Part shown: one piece after another, positions 49,201 to 62,859 of the stretch
Numbering within the stretch: the first letter of the stretch is position 1
How the letters are laid out: each line of letters opens with the position of its first letter
From: Takakia lepidozioides
Taxonomy: Eukaryota > Plantae > Bryophyta
Length of the DNA stretch: 64,000 nt
Reading direction: 5' to 3'
Assembly (NCBI GenBank): GCA_030704615.1
Contig: CM060734.1
Location: forward strand, 18,104,001-18,168,000
Made by a program: the position numbers and the translations under genes
The notes under the pieces: model-generated
The model's database searches: none
What the model saw: the letters and a program-made list of their open reading frames with translations, nothing else
What the model was told of the DNA's origin: nothing

Positions 49201-52200
49201 ACTTGTGAGAAAGCCCAAACTGGGGAACGTTCCATTGTGGATCATATCATAATGGACAAAAATTTGTTTCCCCAGAGTGCCAGCGTGTTGATCGACAGAA
49301 CTGATATTGGTACCTCTGACCACTTCCTGGTTTGGACTGAGATCAAAAGGTGTTTTCCCAACACCAAGAGATCTGTGAAACGTTCGATTGGGAAGTGGCG
49401 CATAGAAAAATTCCAAAATGAAGAGGTCAAGGCTGAGTATGTCCAGGCCTTGCAAGAGGCTCTCCCTCATTTTGTCCACTCGCTCCAAGACCTTCAGTCT
49501 CGCTCTGACAATGCAAGAAATGAAGTCGAAAGAGCAGTGGATTCCTGGGAGAGTTTCGTCTCCACAGTGGCTGACAAGATCATTGGGAGGAAACTAATTG
49601 TCTGTTGTAGAGCTGTTAATTGCTGAGAGATGAGTCCTCTATAAAGAGTGCTGCAATTTGAAAACCAACAAAGAATTGTGGGCTAGGTACCACCAGATCC
49701 GCAAAGATATCAATCAGCTTGTAAGGTCTCAGAAGAAATTATACTGGACAAGCTATACAGTGAAATAAACTCAAACCACCATGGTGGTAATGACAAGAGA
49801 TTCTGGTTGGCCCTTCAACGTTTGTACAAGCCGAAAAACTGTTAGCAAGTACAAGCGCTGAAGACTACTAAGGGTGCAGTGGCGACTTCAACGGTTGACA
49901 TTGTCAAAACCTTTGAAACCCACTACAGTATCCTTGGCAGAATTTCTAGGTCTAACAGTGAGGGGTCCTCTGAAGAATGGAAGGACACAGTTGGAAAAAC
50001 TGTTCCTATGATTCAAGACAGCCCTGATGAACTGGAGTTTATTTCAAAGGCTTACAACGCTCCCATTAGTTCTTCTGAGATTGTGGAAGCAATTGAGCAT
50101 TTAAACGGATATAAAGCTAGTGGACCTGATGGCGTAGTCAACGAGCTTATCAAGCACGGTGGTGATCCCATGATAGAGGCCCTAGTTCTTCTCTTTAACC
50201 TTATCTGGAGGACTGAAATGATCCCCTTTCGCTGGCGACAGGGGTCATTGTCAATCTATATAAGAAGAGTGACAGAGAAGAACCAGGGAACTACCGATGC
50301 ATCACGCTCCTCAATGCTGTTGGCAAGATCTTTTGCAGAGTTATAAATACTCGTCTCAAGGGTTGATCTGGAATCTAGAGGTTGTTTCCACGAAGGCCAA
50401 GCTGGCTTTCCGCGAAACAGGGGCTGTGTGGATCATATCTTCACTCTAAGCCAGATTAGCCAGGGAAGGAAAAAAGAAGGGAAACCCACTTTTGTTTTTT
50501 TCTTGGATGTCAAAAAGGCTTATGACACAGTGTGGAGAGACGGTCTATGGCTCTGCCTCTGGTCATGTGGGATCAAGGGAAAGATGTGGAGAGTTGTCCA
50601 TAACTTCTGGCATTCAATGACAGAGGAGAGGGAGGAAGTGATCTCAAGTGGCAGTGGGGTAGCCAAGAGATTCCGGTCCTCCCTTCCTACACATACCTGG
50701 GCGTTGAGTTTTCCTCCAACTGTAACTGGGATGCACATATTCAGAAAGTTGTTCAAACTGGCAAGCGCAAAGCGCTGGGTCTCACTAAAATTTTCCACTG
50801 AAAAGGGATCAACTCTGAGGTCAAGAAAACCATGGTTTGTCGCGTTATTAGACCTGCCTTGGAGTACTCATCTGCAATATGGGTTGATAACCTAAGTCTT
50901 TAGAATCCATCAAGTGGGGGTGCTTAAGGAGTGCATGTCAGCATGCTCCAAAACAGCCAATGTGGCTGTTCGGGGTGAGTTTGGCATCCCTTCCTTAAGC
51001 TCCTGACGAGATGAATTCAAAGGTCAGATGGTGGGGTCAGCTGCAACATATGTCCAACACCAGATATCCTAAGTTAATCGACCACACACAGCAGATTGAT
51101 GCTTGTGTGAAGGGATTTCTAGAGGATATCTGGAAAACCCGGATCAATGTTTATTTTTAGGTAAGTCTTACTACCGACGTCAGCCCCTGACAGAGGTAGG
51201 TTCTGTCCCTTTGTGTTCCGCTCAAACTGGGCGCGGGGTCAATGGCCACCGGAGAGAGAGGAGGTGATCTCAAGTGGCAGTGGGGAAGCCAAGAGATTCC
51301 GGTCCTCCCTTCCTACACATACCTCGGCGTTGAGTTTCCCTCCAACTGTAATTGGGATGCACATATTCAAACTGGCAAGCGCAAAGCGCTGGGTTTTGGA
51401 CACTACAGCCTCTAAGTCAGATTTATCCAGCAGGGTCAAGACTTGCGGATACAGATTCAGATTCTTGAGAATCTCTTCTACTCTCTTCCGCCAGGACTTA
51501 GCCTGTTTGACAGGGCCATCCTTCTTCCAAGATATAGAGTCGATTAACTTAAGATATCTGATGTTGGACATATATTGCAGCTGACCCCACCATTTGACCT
51601 TGAATTCATCTCGTCGGGAGCTTAAGGAAAGGATGCCAAACTCACCCCGAACAGCCACATTGGCTGTTTTGGAGCATGCTGACATGCACTCCTTAAGCAC
51701 CCCCACTTGAATGGATTCTAGAACTTAGCCTGGTTGGAGTTATCAACCCATATTGCAGATGCGTACTCCAAGGCAGGTCTAATAACGCGACAAAGCATGG
51801 TTTTTTTTACCTCAGAGTTGATCCCTCTGCAGTGGAAAATTTACTGTTGCCAGGAAATTGTCTGATGAAAATGAAGTTAGGCAGAAAACTTCCCTGAACT
51901 TGTTTCCAGTCTGTGACAAGGGGAGACATCATGGATGACCTCAAGGGTCTACCCACTCTCGGCACTAGACTGAAATTTAAACTCAGGGGAGGAAGCCTAC
52001 CTTTGAACAGCGAACAGAAGCAGAGAGGAAAGGGAGAGTGCAACTGCCCGTTGTGTAGGCAACCTTAAGAGAATATTCATTTTCTGATTCATTAGCAGGG
52101 GTTCTCTCACCAGAGAGACGCTCTCTTCAAAGCTATCAAGGGAATTCTGCATGCACCTCAGCTTACCAACTTTGAAAGTCTCGAGGCTGAGCCAAATGCC

Positions 52201-54538
52201 CAGGCCCTTTTGGGGCCTAGTTATTGGGCAAACCACACACAGCAGGTTGATGCTTGTGTAAAGGGATTTCTAGAGGATATCTGGAAAACCCGGATCAATT
52301 GTTTATTCCAAGGTAAGTCTTACTACCGGCGTCAGCCCCTGACAAAGGTAGGTTCTGTCACTTTGTGTTCTGCTCAAACTGGCCGCGGGGTCAATGGCCA
52401 CAAGGCTACGGCAAACAACATCTTATGAGTACGTTCTCTCTCTCTCTCTCTCTAATACGGGGGGATAAGTTTTATGCCCCAGTAGGGTTTCACAACCCTA
52501 ACCCTGCAAGTTAGTGCTCATTTACAAAGGTTGTGTAAGCTGCTACCTGAAACTACGCCAGTGCCGGGCACACAGCTCACCGAGCTCTGCTTTCAAGAGT
52601 TTTTCAACAAGGCTGCGGCTAGCAAGATTTAAGCGCAGCCTAGCCTCATTGTGCTGGTCGAGCTTCCTATGCAGTTATAGGGAAGCTTTGGCTCAGTTGT
52701 TGACACGAACGGGAAGTTACACTTAGCCTTACCTGTGCTTTGCAATTACTTCTTGTTACGTGAGCGGATACGTGCTGCGTCGCAGACTGGTCTGCCTCAA
52801 ACTTTCAAGGTTCTGTGCAATATCACACCTTTACTATTACTCTTGCAATCTTTCACTTGCTTAGAAATGCATGTTGGACAGCGATAGCAAGCGTGAAGAC
52901 CTGCTACTCACCTCGCGCATCTCACTAACACGCAATCTGTTGGATGTGGTGGTTTTTGGGACAGGCGCAGGTGAGGGTCCTTCACTTTTCATGGATTTCT
53001 AAGCTGTATGTGTAAGTTTTGCTATAGAGTACACTGGATAGATGATAAAAATCACCTATCACATGAGGCAGCCACCGCCTAAGAAGAATGGTACAGCGCT
53101 TGACGACAGCCTCAGGTTTCCTTGAGGGAAGTATTTTACGGAAGTAATCCGCCCTTGGGATCTGTTACCAGAAGGCTCCGAAGACCTGTCTTGACTTGGA
53201 TCAATCTCAGTCTACAGCCCAGCTGAGTGGTTTCATTTTGAGTACTGTGTTTGCTTTGCTTCAAAACATGGAAGTACACCCCTTTTGGGCTATGGTGGAA
53301 GACTTGGTTTTGTCTCAGTTTTGAGACGTGTGATTTTCAAGGAAGTATCTGTTTTGACGCTACTTCGATGAAACCGAATTATCCTCATAGAGAAATACTA
53401 TGCTAGACATTTGTCGTGGCAGAGATCTCTATACTTAAAGCACTGGTTTGCTTAAGTAAAGGTTAAGGCTGACTGGAGGTCATTAACATGCTAAAAAGCA
53501 AGAATTTCAGCTTTCTGGAAATCCCAGTGTGACAGTACAGTGAATACGAATATTGTTGAGTATCATGTCTGTCACTATGAAGAAAGGTGGGGGGTTTTGA
53601 AGGGTTTCTAACAAACGTCACCACCCACCCCGTTCACCCAGAAGTGTGAAACAAATCAGGAACAAGCCTGTGGTTTAGGAGAAGGGTGATGGTGCCTTGC
53701 AATGCAAAGCTGTTTTGTCTTGGTTTTTAAGAAAAAACTTTCTGATCTGGGCAAGTCTTGACAGATCTTTTCTTGTCATGACAAGACAAGCCCTATCTCA
53801 TCACACTCACACACACACACACACACACACATTCTTCACCCTTTAGTCCACAATAAGGGAAGTCGACATATTGCCACTCTCTTTGGACAAACTAATGCAG
53901 AAATACCATGAGCACCCATCACCCAATGTCCATCATCCCCATTTTACCTTTCTCTCTCAGACAACTGCACGCAGAGAAGAAAACCAAACCTAAATCATTA
54001 AGAAATCGAAGGTACAAAATCTCTACGGATGTTGGGGTGGTAAGTTAAACCCAGCCCAATCCTTCCCCTCGGCCACGAAATGGTAAAAGCATTCTATTTC
54101 ACTTGAAATCAATTTGCTGCAAAATAGCAGATCTCGGAGATGAGAATCAGATGCCCGAAGACGTGCTAGACTGCGTTCAGTAGAGATACTACTTACTAGG
54201 TTAAACGACTTCAACATACAGCGCCAAGAGACACCACGATACTAATCTACAACACCTATTTTGTCTGAGTTGCCTTTGACACACATTAGAATACATGCAG
54301 GGCATATAGCCACCGACAAGGCAGGCTTTTAGCAGTTTGCATGGCAGTGCAGTGACACTGAGGAGATCCCAAATCCCACACCTTCAATCTCTCCCCCCCA
54401 CCACAATAACTCGGGGATTCAAAAGTGAAAATAAAAGAGGCTAGGAGACATACAGGAGAAGACTAGAGCAGCTGCAGCTCCCAGAAATCCAAAAAAAGGC
54501 GCAGACTCATCGCCATTGAAGACAGACGCGGAAGACAT
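40936..54538 (-). CDS. VHA-c: V-type H+-ATPase 16-kDa proteolipid subunit c; exons 54454-54538, 41301-41586, 40936-41068 (167 aa)
   Basis: [29 protein letters not shown]|[17 protein letters not shown]|[27 protein letters not shown]; GT-AG junctions in phase (85+286+133=504 nt); conserved proton-binding Glu in FAEAL. Confidence 0.96.
42227..42258. repeat. (CT)n microsatellite bounding the LINE cluster; similar tracts at ~43246-43272 and ~52435-52453
   Basis: Direct reading of the sequence. Confidence 0.9.
42259..52434 (+). mobile_element. Cluster of head-to-tail, rearranged LINE copies (APE endonuclease + RT + C-terminal CCHC; RTEX/L2-like) inside VHA-c intron 1
   Basis: LGTFN..GQETW, LLGDFNA, IVDYI, TSDHFLV (APE); [29 protein letters not shown] (RT); [17 protein letters not shown]; repeated 3' ends (..GGCTACGGCAAACAA..TTATGAGTAC) at ~43243, ~48223 and ~52431; inverted block ~51398-51840. 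Confidence 0.9.
44104..44293 (+). repeat. 69-bp in-frame tandem repeat (~2.7 copies) in the LINE 5' ORF
   Basis: [23 protein letters not shown] units start at 44104, 44173 and 44242; single copy in the sister LINE at ~49045. Confidence 0.9.
53800..53831. repeat. (CA)n microsatellite
   Basis: Direct reading of the sequence. Confidence 0.9.
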
Positions 54539-57500
54539 CTTCTCTCAGCTCCCGGATTCAACAACCCAGCTTTCCAAACACCTGCAAAAAGCTCGAAGCC
54601 CTCACCAACTGTTCTTGGATTCCTCAACAGCAGATCACGAGAGAAAGATGGCGTCAGTGCAGGCAATTCCTGTGGATCTAGACTAGGTGCACACGTGTAT
54701 TGCCGCCACTGCCCCTCCTACTACTGACTCGGCACACCTGTCCTTCCCTTTCTTATTATCTCCTTCGCTCAGAAAAACAAGTTTTCTTTCACAGTCATCA
54801 TCTCCTCATTTGGGTTCCTAACTTGCAAGTGTCTCTCACAAACATATGAGAGATTGATGGATAGGAGGAAGACTTGGCAGACGCACAGAGTAATACAAAA
54901 CGGGTTACTTCCCCACACATTAGGACCACTCTTACAAAAGAAAAGAAGAGAGTGTCCGGTGTTGCTTTATCTATGAAGGGATTGTATGATCGACCACAAT
55001 GGATGGAAGATCGACGCCGTGTACCATTGAATATCTTTGGCAATGCAACATTGGTGTCCAGAGTGCAAATGTGGATGCATTGTGCGAGTGATAGTGCCAA
55101 TGAACCACTCATTTTCAGTTGGTGCTCAGAGAGGGAGAAGTCCAGCTATGGTGATGTAGCCCAGGTCATCTCGCCGACTTCCACGGATCAAACCAAGGAA
55201 GCAGTTTGAGAAAAAATAGCTAAATGGTGGCTGACCAACCCTGAGAGGTATGAAACAACAAGCAGGAAAGGAGAACTAAACCTAGGGAAACCTCCTGTAG
55301 TTGATTGCGGAACAGAAAATAGCAAATGACAGAGTAGAACAGCAAGATTTATGACGGAAGACTCTGCAGAGAACCAACACAAAGAAGGGTCATAGAGAAT
55401 CCGTGGGGGTGAAGACCTCAATTGACAGTTAAAACCCTTTTGGGAAGCATCTCCCTTAGGGAAAACGCCACCAACATGCCCAAGCAAGCCAATCAAACCG
55501 AGGCTCAGAAATGGCCATGGCTCACCCCGCCAATGAAGTGCATGCGAATTGCAGCTCTAGCACGTACTGCTTGTCTATGCTGCACTCCGCTCAAGTAGTG
55601 TTTTCAGATAATCTTGAAATAGGGACTTCAAATTTCAACATATTTTTCCTCTCTGTACTGTTCAGGAAGCTCATATATCGAATGGCTATGTGACAATCCT
55701 GCATGAGGTAGGCCTTGTATGTGGCCCATTGCCTTCAATTCTACCTCCATTAGCTTGTGGACACCTCTTCGCATTCCTGGTGTGAGAATATGCACCCCGC
55801 CAAACTGTCATCCAAACCGCAGCAATGCATCCATTAAAGGTATATATCCCCCATCACTTAAATATCTATCAGACAAACAGTAAACTCTCAGATGTTTCTC
55901 CAAATCCTGTCGCTTTGCAGATGAAGAGAGTGCCCAAGACACACATCTACACAAGGTTTTCCTTGACTCACTGCTACTGCTCAATAACCATCCCCAAATC
56001 CTGAATAATACTGACAACTGCAGTAGCTATCATAAATTGCTGACTTCAACTATACTAAAATAATCACCTTTCTGCCCGCATGTTTGAAACAGTGCACTTT
56101 TCATGTTGCTTGTTTCACCAGTAATTCCCATAAGACCAAACCCAATCATGGATGTGGTGGGCACCCCAACCGACAATTCCTTGCCCAACATCCTCGACAG
56201 CTTCTCACTGTGGTGGCACAAGGAAACCTCCCTTACCTCAACACACAAACAACAACAGGCATACCCATAACCAGCCGTTTCTACCATCCACCTCCTGCTC
56301 CCTTGACTTAACCTCCTTAACAGCTTGCACAATTCAGCAGTATGTGTAAACATACTCTGACCTTACCAACATGAAAGAGAGAAAGATAAAGTTAAATACT
56401 GTAATAAAATATGGATATCTTACTTATAACAGACCAACCAACACATAGCTCTCGTCATCCAGTATCGGCCTCAACGCTTCCAATATTACGGCCCTGAATC
56501 ACCAAGCCAACACAACTGCATTTAGTGTACAATCATAAAAGCACAAAAAACTGAAAACGGTGCCATGAGCAATGCCTAGCCAACAATCAGACACCATCCT
56601 ACAGCCCCTCCACGCCATCTTTTGCTAGGTACACCAGGAAACCCAATGTCTGCATCTTACGGAAAATGGAAATAACCATGTTATTGCCTAACTCAAACAA
56701 AACAACTAATTTGCTGTGCAGGTTTTAAAATATGGCACTGCAGCATGACAATCTTTGCAGCCCACGCACCTATTTGCGTGCACGTGTGAGCAAGCACACG
56801 TGCGAGTGTGACTGCCACCTGTGTCAGCCTGCAAGCAAACTCCAACATACTCAGAATGGCTTGTTTTTTAGAGTGCAACTTGCTAACCTGTGAGAGTGGG
56901 AAATTCTTCCAAAATTTTGTTTCAGGCTAAGAGCTGCCGTGCCTGAACAGGTAACAAATGTGGCTCTATATTACTCTCCTGAGATTGTATTTTCAATTTG
57001 TGCGGCATAGCTGTATTACCTTTTACATTGGTCACACTGCATTGGTTGTCTGTGCACCAATCCTGCCCATCAAGCTCAGCAGTACAATCATTGGTTTGTT
57101 GGCGGGGTACACATACATGGCTCTTGTAGGAACCCTCGAGCATTATCCTCTGCATGTTTTAGCAAACCTTGGTGTGTAGTCAGCTTAGCTGTTGAATTCT
57201 TGGAGGAATCAGAACCTGCTAACTGGGAGCTTCTGTCAAAGGCACTGCTCAAAGCCTTCACCATTTCTGCAGGCAACACTTGCAGGCTATCACACACTCC
57301 TTTGCCCTGCATTATGCCCTGGTCATCAGTACCCAACAGGTCCTTTGCACTATGTCCACTTCTGCCAGTTCCCGGCACATGAAATTAATCACTGGTAGCA
57401 TCTCTGTTTCAGTGACTCCGGCTGGATCCATGTGCGTCAAGACAACCTTGGTATGCATCTGATCAGCAAGAGCCTCATGGGCAACAATCTCCATCCAGTG

Positions 57501-58299
57501 CCAGAACAATTCTTCATGCTTTTCGCAACTGCCATCTCATCTGCAATGCCCTTGCCTGCTTTCAGGGCATGAAGGTGCTGCTCCAGCAAGTCTCTGTGTG
57601 CCAGCAAATGCATCTCATACTGACTCAAAGGCCTGCTGCTTCCCATCAAAAGCTGGGCTTCCTGCAGCTCACATTTCCACCGGGCCTTGCATGTATGCAG
57701 GGCATATAGTGCCTTCAGTGTGGCTTGCACCTACCCCCAAATACTTACTGACACCATCACTTCTCGAGAACGCCCCCTTTCTCACATTGACATCTGAGTT
57801 TTGTACTGAGCCCTGCAGCAGAGTCTGACTGGCAGACAACCCGTACAAACCCAATCAAACACTTTAAGTTTTAGACTTTGAGAGAATGGAATTTGCAAGG
57901 AAATGGTTGAGAAGCAGTCACTCTACCTGCCCATAAAGCATCGCTTGCTCTGCCCGGACTTCGGCTCGACTGCCGGCATCACGCACCCGGTTGGACACAG
58001 CTATCACTCGCTGCACATGTCGATGTGCCACAGCTTCTGTATCTCTTGCCTGAGCAAGCGGCTGTGGGCTGGAGCAGGTGTCAGGGGGACACATATCTGG
58101 AAGAGGAGCACTTGCTTTAGCGGCCAGAAGGGGGCGAAGGCGCTGCTCCAGCCCTTATTCAATGACATGACAGTGAGAGAGTGAGAGATCGGCCATCCTA
58201 AGGCCAGCAACAGAGGCCGGCTTTCTCTCGTGTCTTTAGAGATTGTGAAAAACGGGGAGTGGGCTGGGTAGCCCAGAGAGCCATGTAGAATTTCACAAA

Positions 58300-61200
58300 C
58301 GATAACATATCTTCTTCCTGCCCAATTTTACATACATCGTCCAATACGGCCCAAGATCCCTCTCCACACTTCTCTCTCGGCCTTTCCTAGTGTCGCCTGG
58401 TGAATGATTTGGTCTCTTTTGGGATCACAATACATCCTGCGACAAAAAGATGTAGTAAAGATGCTTGCAGGGAACCGATTTCCCTCTCTTTCCTAGAGCT
58501 TCCACACGTATGCACACGAAGTCAGGACAGGTACACCCCGGAAAATTTCCCACCGTCACACGTGATATGCCCTGTCGTGCAAAACAGACCCAGATGTGAC
58601 CAAAAAATAAACCCGTCCATACCCAGGTGAAGGTACTTCCATAGTTCCTGTTACATGAGCCTGAAGTAGTCTGGCCGATTCCACCTTCGCATCATGATCA
58701 GGCCCCGAAGCCACGTGATGCACTGTTTTGCCATTCCTTCTCGTGGGATGCGAAGTATCGTCTAGAGGAGGCACCATAGCAGCAAGGCCACCAAGAGTCG
58801 ACGCCACAGATCGGTGCAGACGAAAGCCGGCGTCCTCCAACTTGCCAATCTCTAGTGTTGTTAGGGAGGTTCCCACCCGCACTGGCCAAATGGTTGGTGG
58901 GGGAGGCTTAGCAATGCAGGAGTCGCGGACGGTACCATTCACACAGCGAGCCATATCGTCCGGGCAGAACCAGAATTTGTGCATCTTCGACTCCTTTGAC
59001 ATATATGGCCGAATCAAACCTGTGAACGTCGGAGCTGGAGTACCCGCCGAGCCTTTGGCTATCCTGGACTTACACTTTTCATAAGTAATGGCCCTCACTG
59101 CAGCGCAGCCAACTCTAGACCCTGGAGTAGTTTGCTCGATGTGCCATTCGGAGTCAGCACAAGGTGACTCATGCACTGCCCCCTGTGGTCTTGCTGGAAA
59201 CCCGCAATTACAGGGGTTGCAGGTAGCTCTGTGGAAGAGGAAGCACCAGCAGCCTCTTTCCTACTGGACGCCATGCTTTTTAGTGGAGAAATCTTGGGTA
59301 CAGAGAAGTTGTCTCTTTCATGGCGATGTGAATCCCCATCTGATCCTGGAGGTGTATTTAGCTTGCGTTTGCAAGTCCCGAACCTTTCCTCTCCTTCCAG
59401 ATGGGGCTCCCTTTATTGGAGAGGCGAGCCCATTGTGCACCTGTTCACTGCCTTTGCCATCTTCGTTGGATCCCCGGACCTTCTTGCAGCCCTCAGCATC
59501 AACTCTGCTGTATCTGGTCCCTTGCCCCCACATCGCCCCCTAAGGAAGTCACGATATCTTGTTTGCTGGGTTAGAGCTCGTACCAGATCATCTGTTGTAG
59601 CAATGTACATATCTCTTCCTGCTTTGCCAGATTGCTGCTTCCAGGCGGCGTGAACGCTTTCTGCCAGATTGCAGGACGGCATGTCCGCAATGTCCTCAAG
59701 GAAAATGAAACAGCGTCATTCATGCAAGCGCGGATTGTTCTGGGAACAAGGAAAGAAATTGGGCACATACAAGGGATTGCAGAGGTGAAAGGCAGCTTAC
59801 AGTAGTCATGAAAGCCCCCCATTGCCTACATCTGAAGTGCCAAAAGACCAACCAGTCTTCCAATTCTTTGACACCGTCCTGATCAGTAGCCCCTGACGAG
59901 AACCACCATGCTCTCACTGTCTGGTACATGGTCTCAGCCTCTTCCATTGTAGTCACATTCTTGTACATGAAGCAGAGCCTCATATGCTCCGCCTGCAGAT
60001 CTCTTCTGATGCACCTCTTCGTATGTTTCTGCAGGGACTGAGTCCAGTGGAATAGACATGTGCGCTCCCTATTAGGCATGGGTACCTTTGGATCACCAGA
60101 TCCAAAAACTCGGCGCACAGCGTTGAAGTTAGTCTGTGCACTATCTGCCATAAACCCGTTGAAATTTATGCCTGTATGTCCATTGGACTCCATGACTGAA
60201 AGCAAACAATTCCACATTATCATCTGGGACTCTGTATCTTTAGACTGCATGTCACAGATTGGCAATTGTCATTATTTTTTGGTAGTTCGGGTCGTAAACA
60301 TGGCAAGACATGGTTGTCCAGCCCTTCACTCGTTTGCAATGATCGAACATCATCCAGGCTTTCTCCAAATCCCCCCCTTGTTGCATACGTCTGGCCAGGC
60401 TGACGCCACTGCCCGCCCACCGTAGACATTGAACAAGTAAACCTTTGAAGACCCCTGACCCGGGAAGACGCTAGATTGGATAAAGTCATATTGACTTATG
60501 CGCTTGAGCTCCATAATGTTGTCGATGGACCCTGTGTTTCCACCACACACTCTCAATGCATTCACCTGATTCCTAATATTGGGGGAGCTCAACACGGAGA
60601 AGTGATCCATCACTGCATCCAAAGAAGCCCCCTCAAGTCTTGAGCTGCATTCGCTTCCCTGCCCAAGAATGTGCTTCTCTAGGAAACTTTTGCTGGCAGT
60701 AAGCGCTATGGCAGATGGTTTGGCTGAAGGGGACTTTGCAAACTCCTCCACGACAAGCCCACGCGCCAACTCCACACTATCTCTACAATCGCCGTGAAAC
60801 ACAGGATGGTCGTGAGTCCCAAAATGAATGTAGGCTCGAGTCATGGTTTTGCAACAGTGAGTAACGTAGTACATGCGAGCAGGGCAATGTGCAATGCAGG
60901 AGGGGGCCACCTTGCAGAACTTACAAACAAATGTACTGGCAGACGGTGGGGCACAGCCTGGGATAAAAGGATTGTCAAAGAGTCCTTCCCACTCACTCTC
61001 ATTTTTAGCACCGCTCTTCATGAAACGCTGGCAACTTGCATTCACACAAACGCTCATTCTGAATGTCAAGTTTACATCGTTATGGATATCATGCTTTTTA
61101 TCCATTCCTTGCAAGAGACCTGAGAGGCCCCCAACACAAGTTGTTGGATTCAGCTCAAAGAGGATGTCACCATCGAAGGAAGGTGGAAGGAAATGAACCC

Positions 61201-61771
61201 TTTTTGTTGCGAATGAATCCCACAGTATCCTTGCGATCTCGTTTTTGGATCCTGGTTTTCTTGACAATGCTTTCAGATGTGGGATGACGCTAACGATTTC
61301 CTGAACATCGACGTCCCCTTCAGGAAGACTATTCATGGGAGCCAGTATTTCTGCCAATTCATCATCCGAGGAATCCGACAGTGTCAAAAATATTGTTGAA
61401 GTGGTGTCCTCCTGCTTCACAATCACATGCCGCTTTCCTTGAACAACAGAGGCAGTTGTCCCAGGATTGACAATGGAGCCACCAGATTGTCTCCTTTCGC
61501 TTCGAAACACACGATATTTTCCAGGAAGAACTCTCCATTCCTTGTGTTTCTCTGCAACGTGCGATTTCTGGAACAACGTTCTTTGAACGTTTCCCTCCAA
61601 GTCATAGATCTCTTTCTCGACAGTAACACAACCAATGTCAAGCTTGAACCTTGCTGCCAGAACATGCTCCTCCACCACAGCAAAACCATCATCTTCAACC
61701 GAGGCACTGAAAGGGCAAGGCTCTTCAGTATACTGAAACTCAACGAAGGCCACGTCATTAGGAGAAGCCAT
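58300..61771 (-). pseudogene. Second GCM-like/MULE DDE/SWIM transposase (diverged paralog of 11619-14715), frameshifted
   Basis: CKFCKVAPSC..CPARMYYV..HFGTHDHP; GFMADSAQTNFNAVRRVFG; RERTCLFHW; CNLAESVHAAW; PSPGYGRVY..CTCPDF..CKH. Confidence 0.88.
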
Positions 61772-62859
61772 GTGGTGAACATACGATGGTGAGTACCAAT
61801 ACAACTGTGCGACATGGCCAGGTAAAAACCTTTTGGAGGCGATTGCCAAATCCCAAAAGTGTTTGCTAAGGCAAGAGGCAGTTGTACAACTGGCCCCACA
61901 CATTAACCAATAACTTGTGAGGGTATTGAACCACACAGCCAAAATAGTTGGGCAGTTGCCAAATTGATGGAGAAGGGAACAAAACTGTTTATTTTGTCAC
62001 TGTCACACCACCGGGAAAAGACGGCGCCGTCTTGGATATTGCAATCCAATTTGCATTTTGCGGCGTTCCACAACGTGAACCCGGACAGTGCATTGAGTGC
62101 CGAACCCGGGAAATATCCAACGCCGGATGAACGCGGACATTGCGTTCCTGACATTATGTATGTTTTCGTTTGAAGAAGGCAAAATCCGTGTATGATAGGG
62201 CGATGGCATGCCTCATGTGCGCAATATTTCATCCAAATCAGAAAACATCCACATTTGAAAAACTCGGCCTTATTGATGGCATTAGGGGCGCCCAATAAGC
62301 CGCAGCCAGTGAGATCGATCCATTTGGGGGGTTATAGGGTAGACACGCACGTCCTTAACCACATGCATAACTGACGGCTTTACAGGGTTCCTTACTTTCT
62401 CGATTGTTTGTTAGTCAAGCTGGAGAGCTGCGGGAGTGAGAGAGAAGACATAGTAAGAAGACGTAGAAGGCAGTCCCTTTACTTCACGAGTGTGAGAGAG
62501 AGGAAAAACGCGCGAGTCAGAATGAGAAAGTTGTGCAATCTGCAAAACGCTGATGAGCAGGTTGCACAGGATACGTCAACCCACGAATCACAACAGATCA
62601 CAGAGCCGGTCCAGCCTGAAATGGAGGGAAGAATGGAAGGCGAGGAGACTGCCCTGGAGACCATTGTGCATGACATGGCATCGACACCACCACCGTCGGT
62701 GAGAAAGAAGCGACACCAAAGAAAGCTGTGAGGACGCAGCAAGAAGAGACATCGGGAAGTGGTGTCATGAAACCCAGGGTAATCCTTCTCCCAAACTGCA
62801 TGAATCTCGTTTGACTGTCGTACCAAGTGCATAGATACGATACGAGAGATCCCCTGAAA

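Noticed and set aside
54692-54697. G-box CACGTG upstream of VHA-c
   Set aside because: A single hexamer, expected by chance
54800-56000. Possible ancient L1-like LINE fragment on the minus strand
   Set aside because: Only vague resemblance; no diagnostic motif could be read
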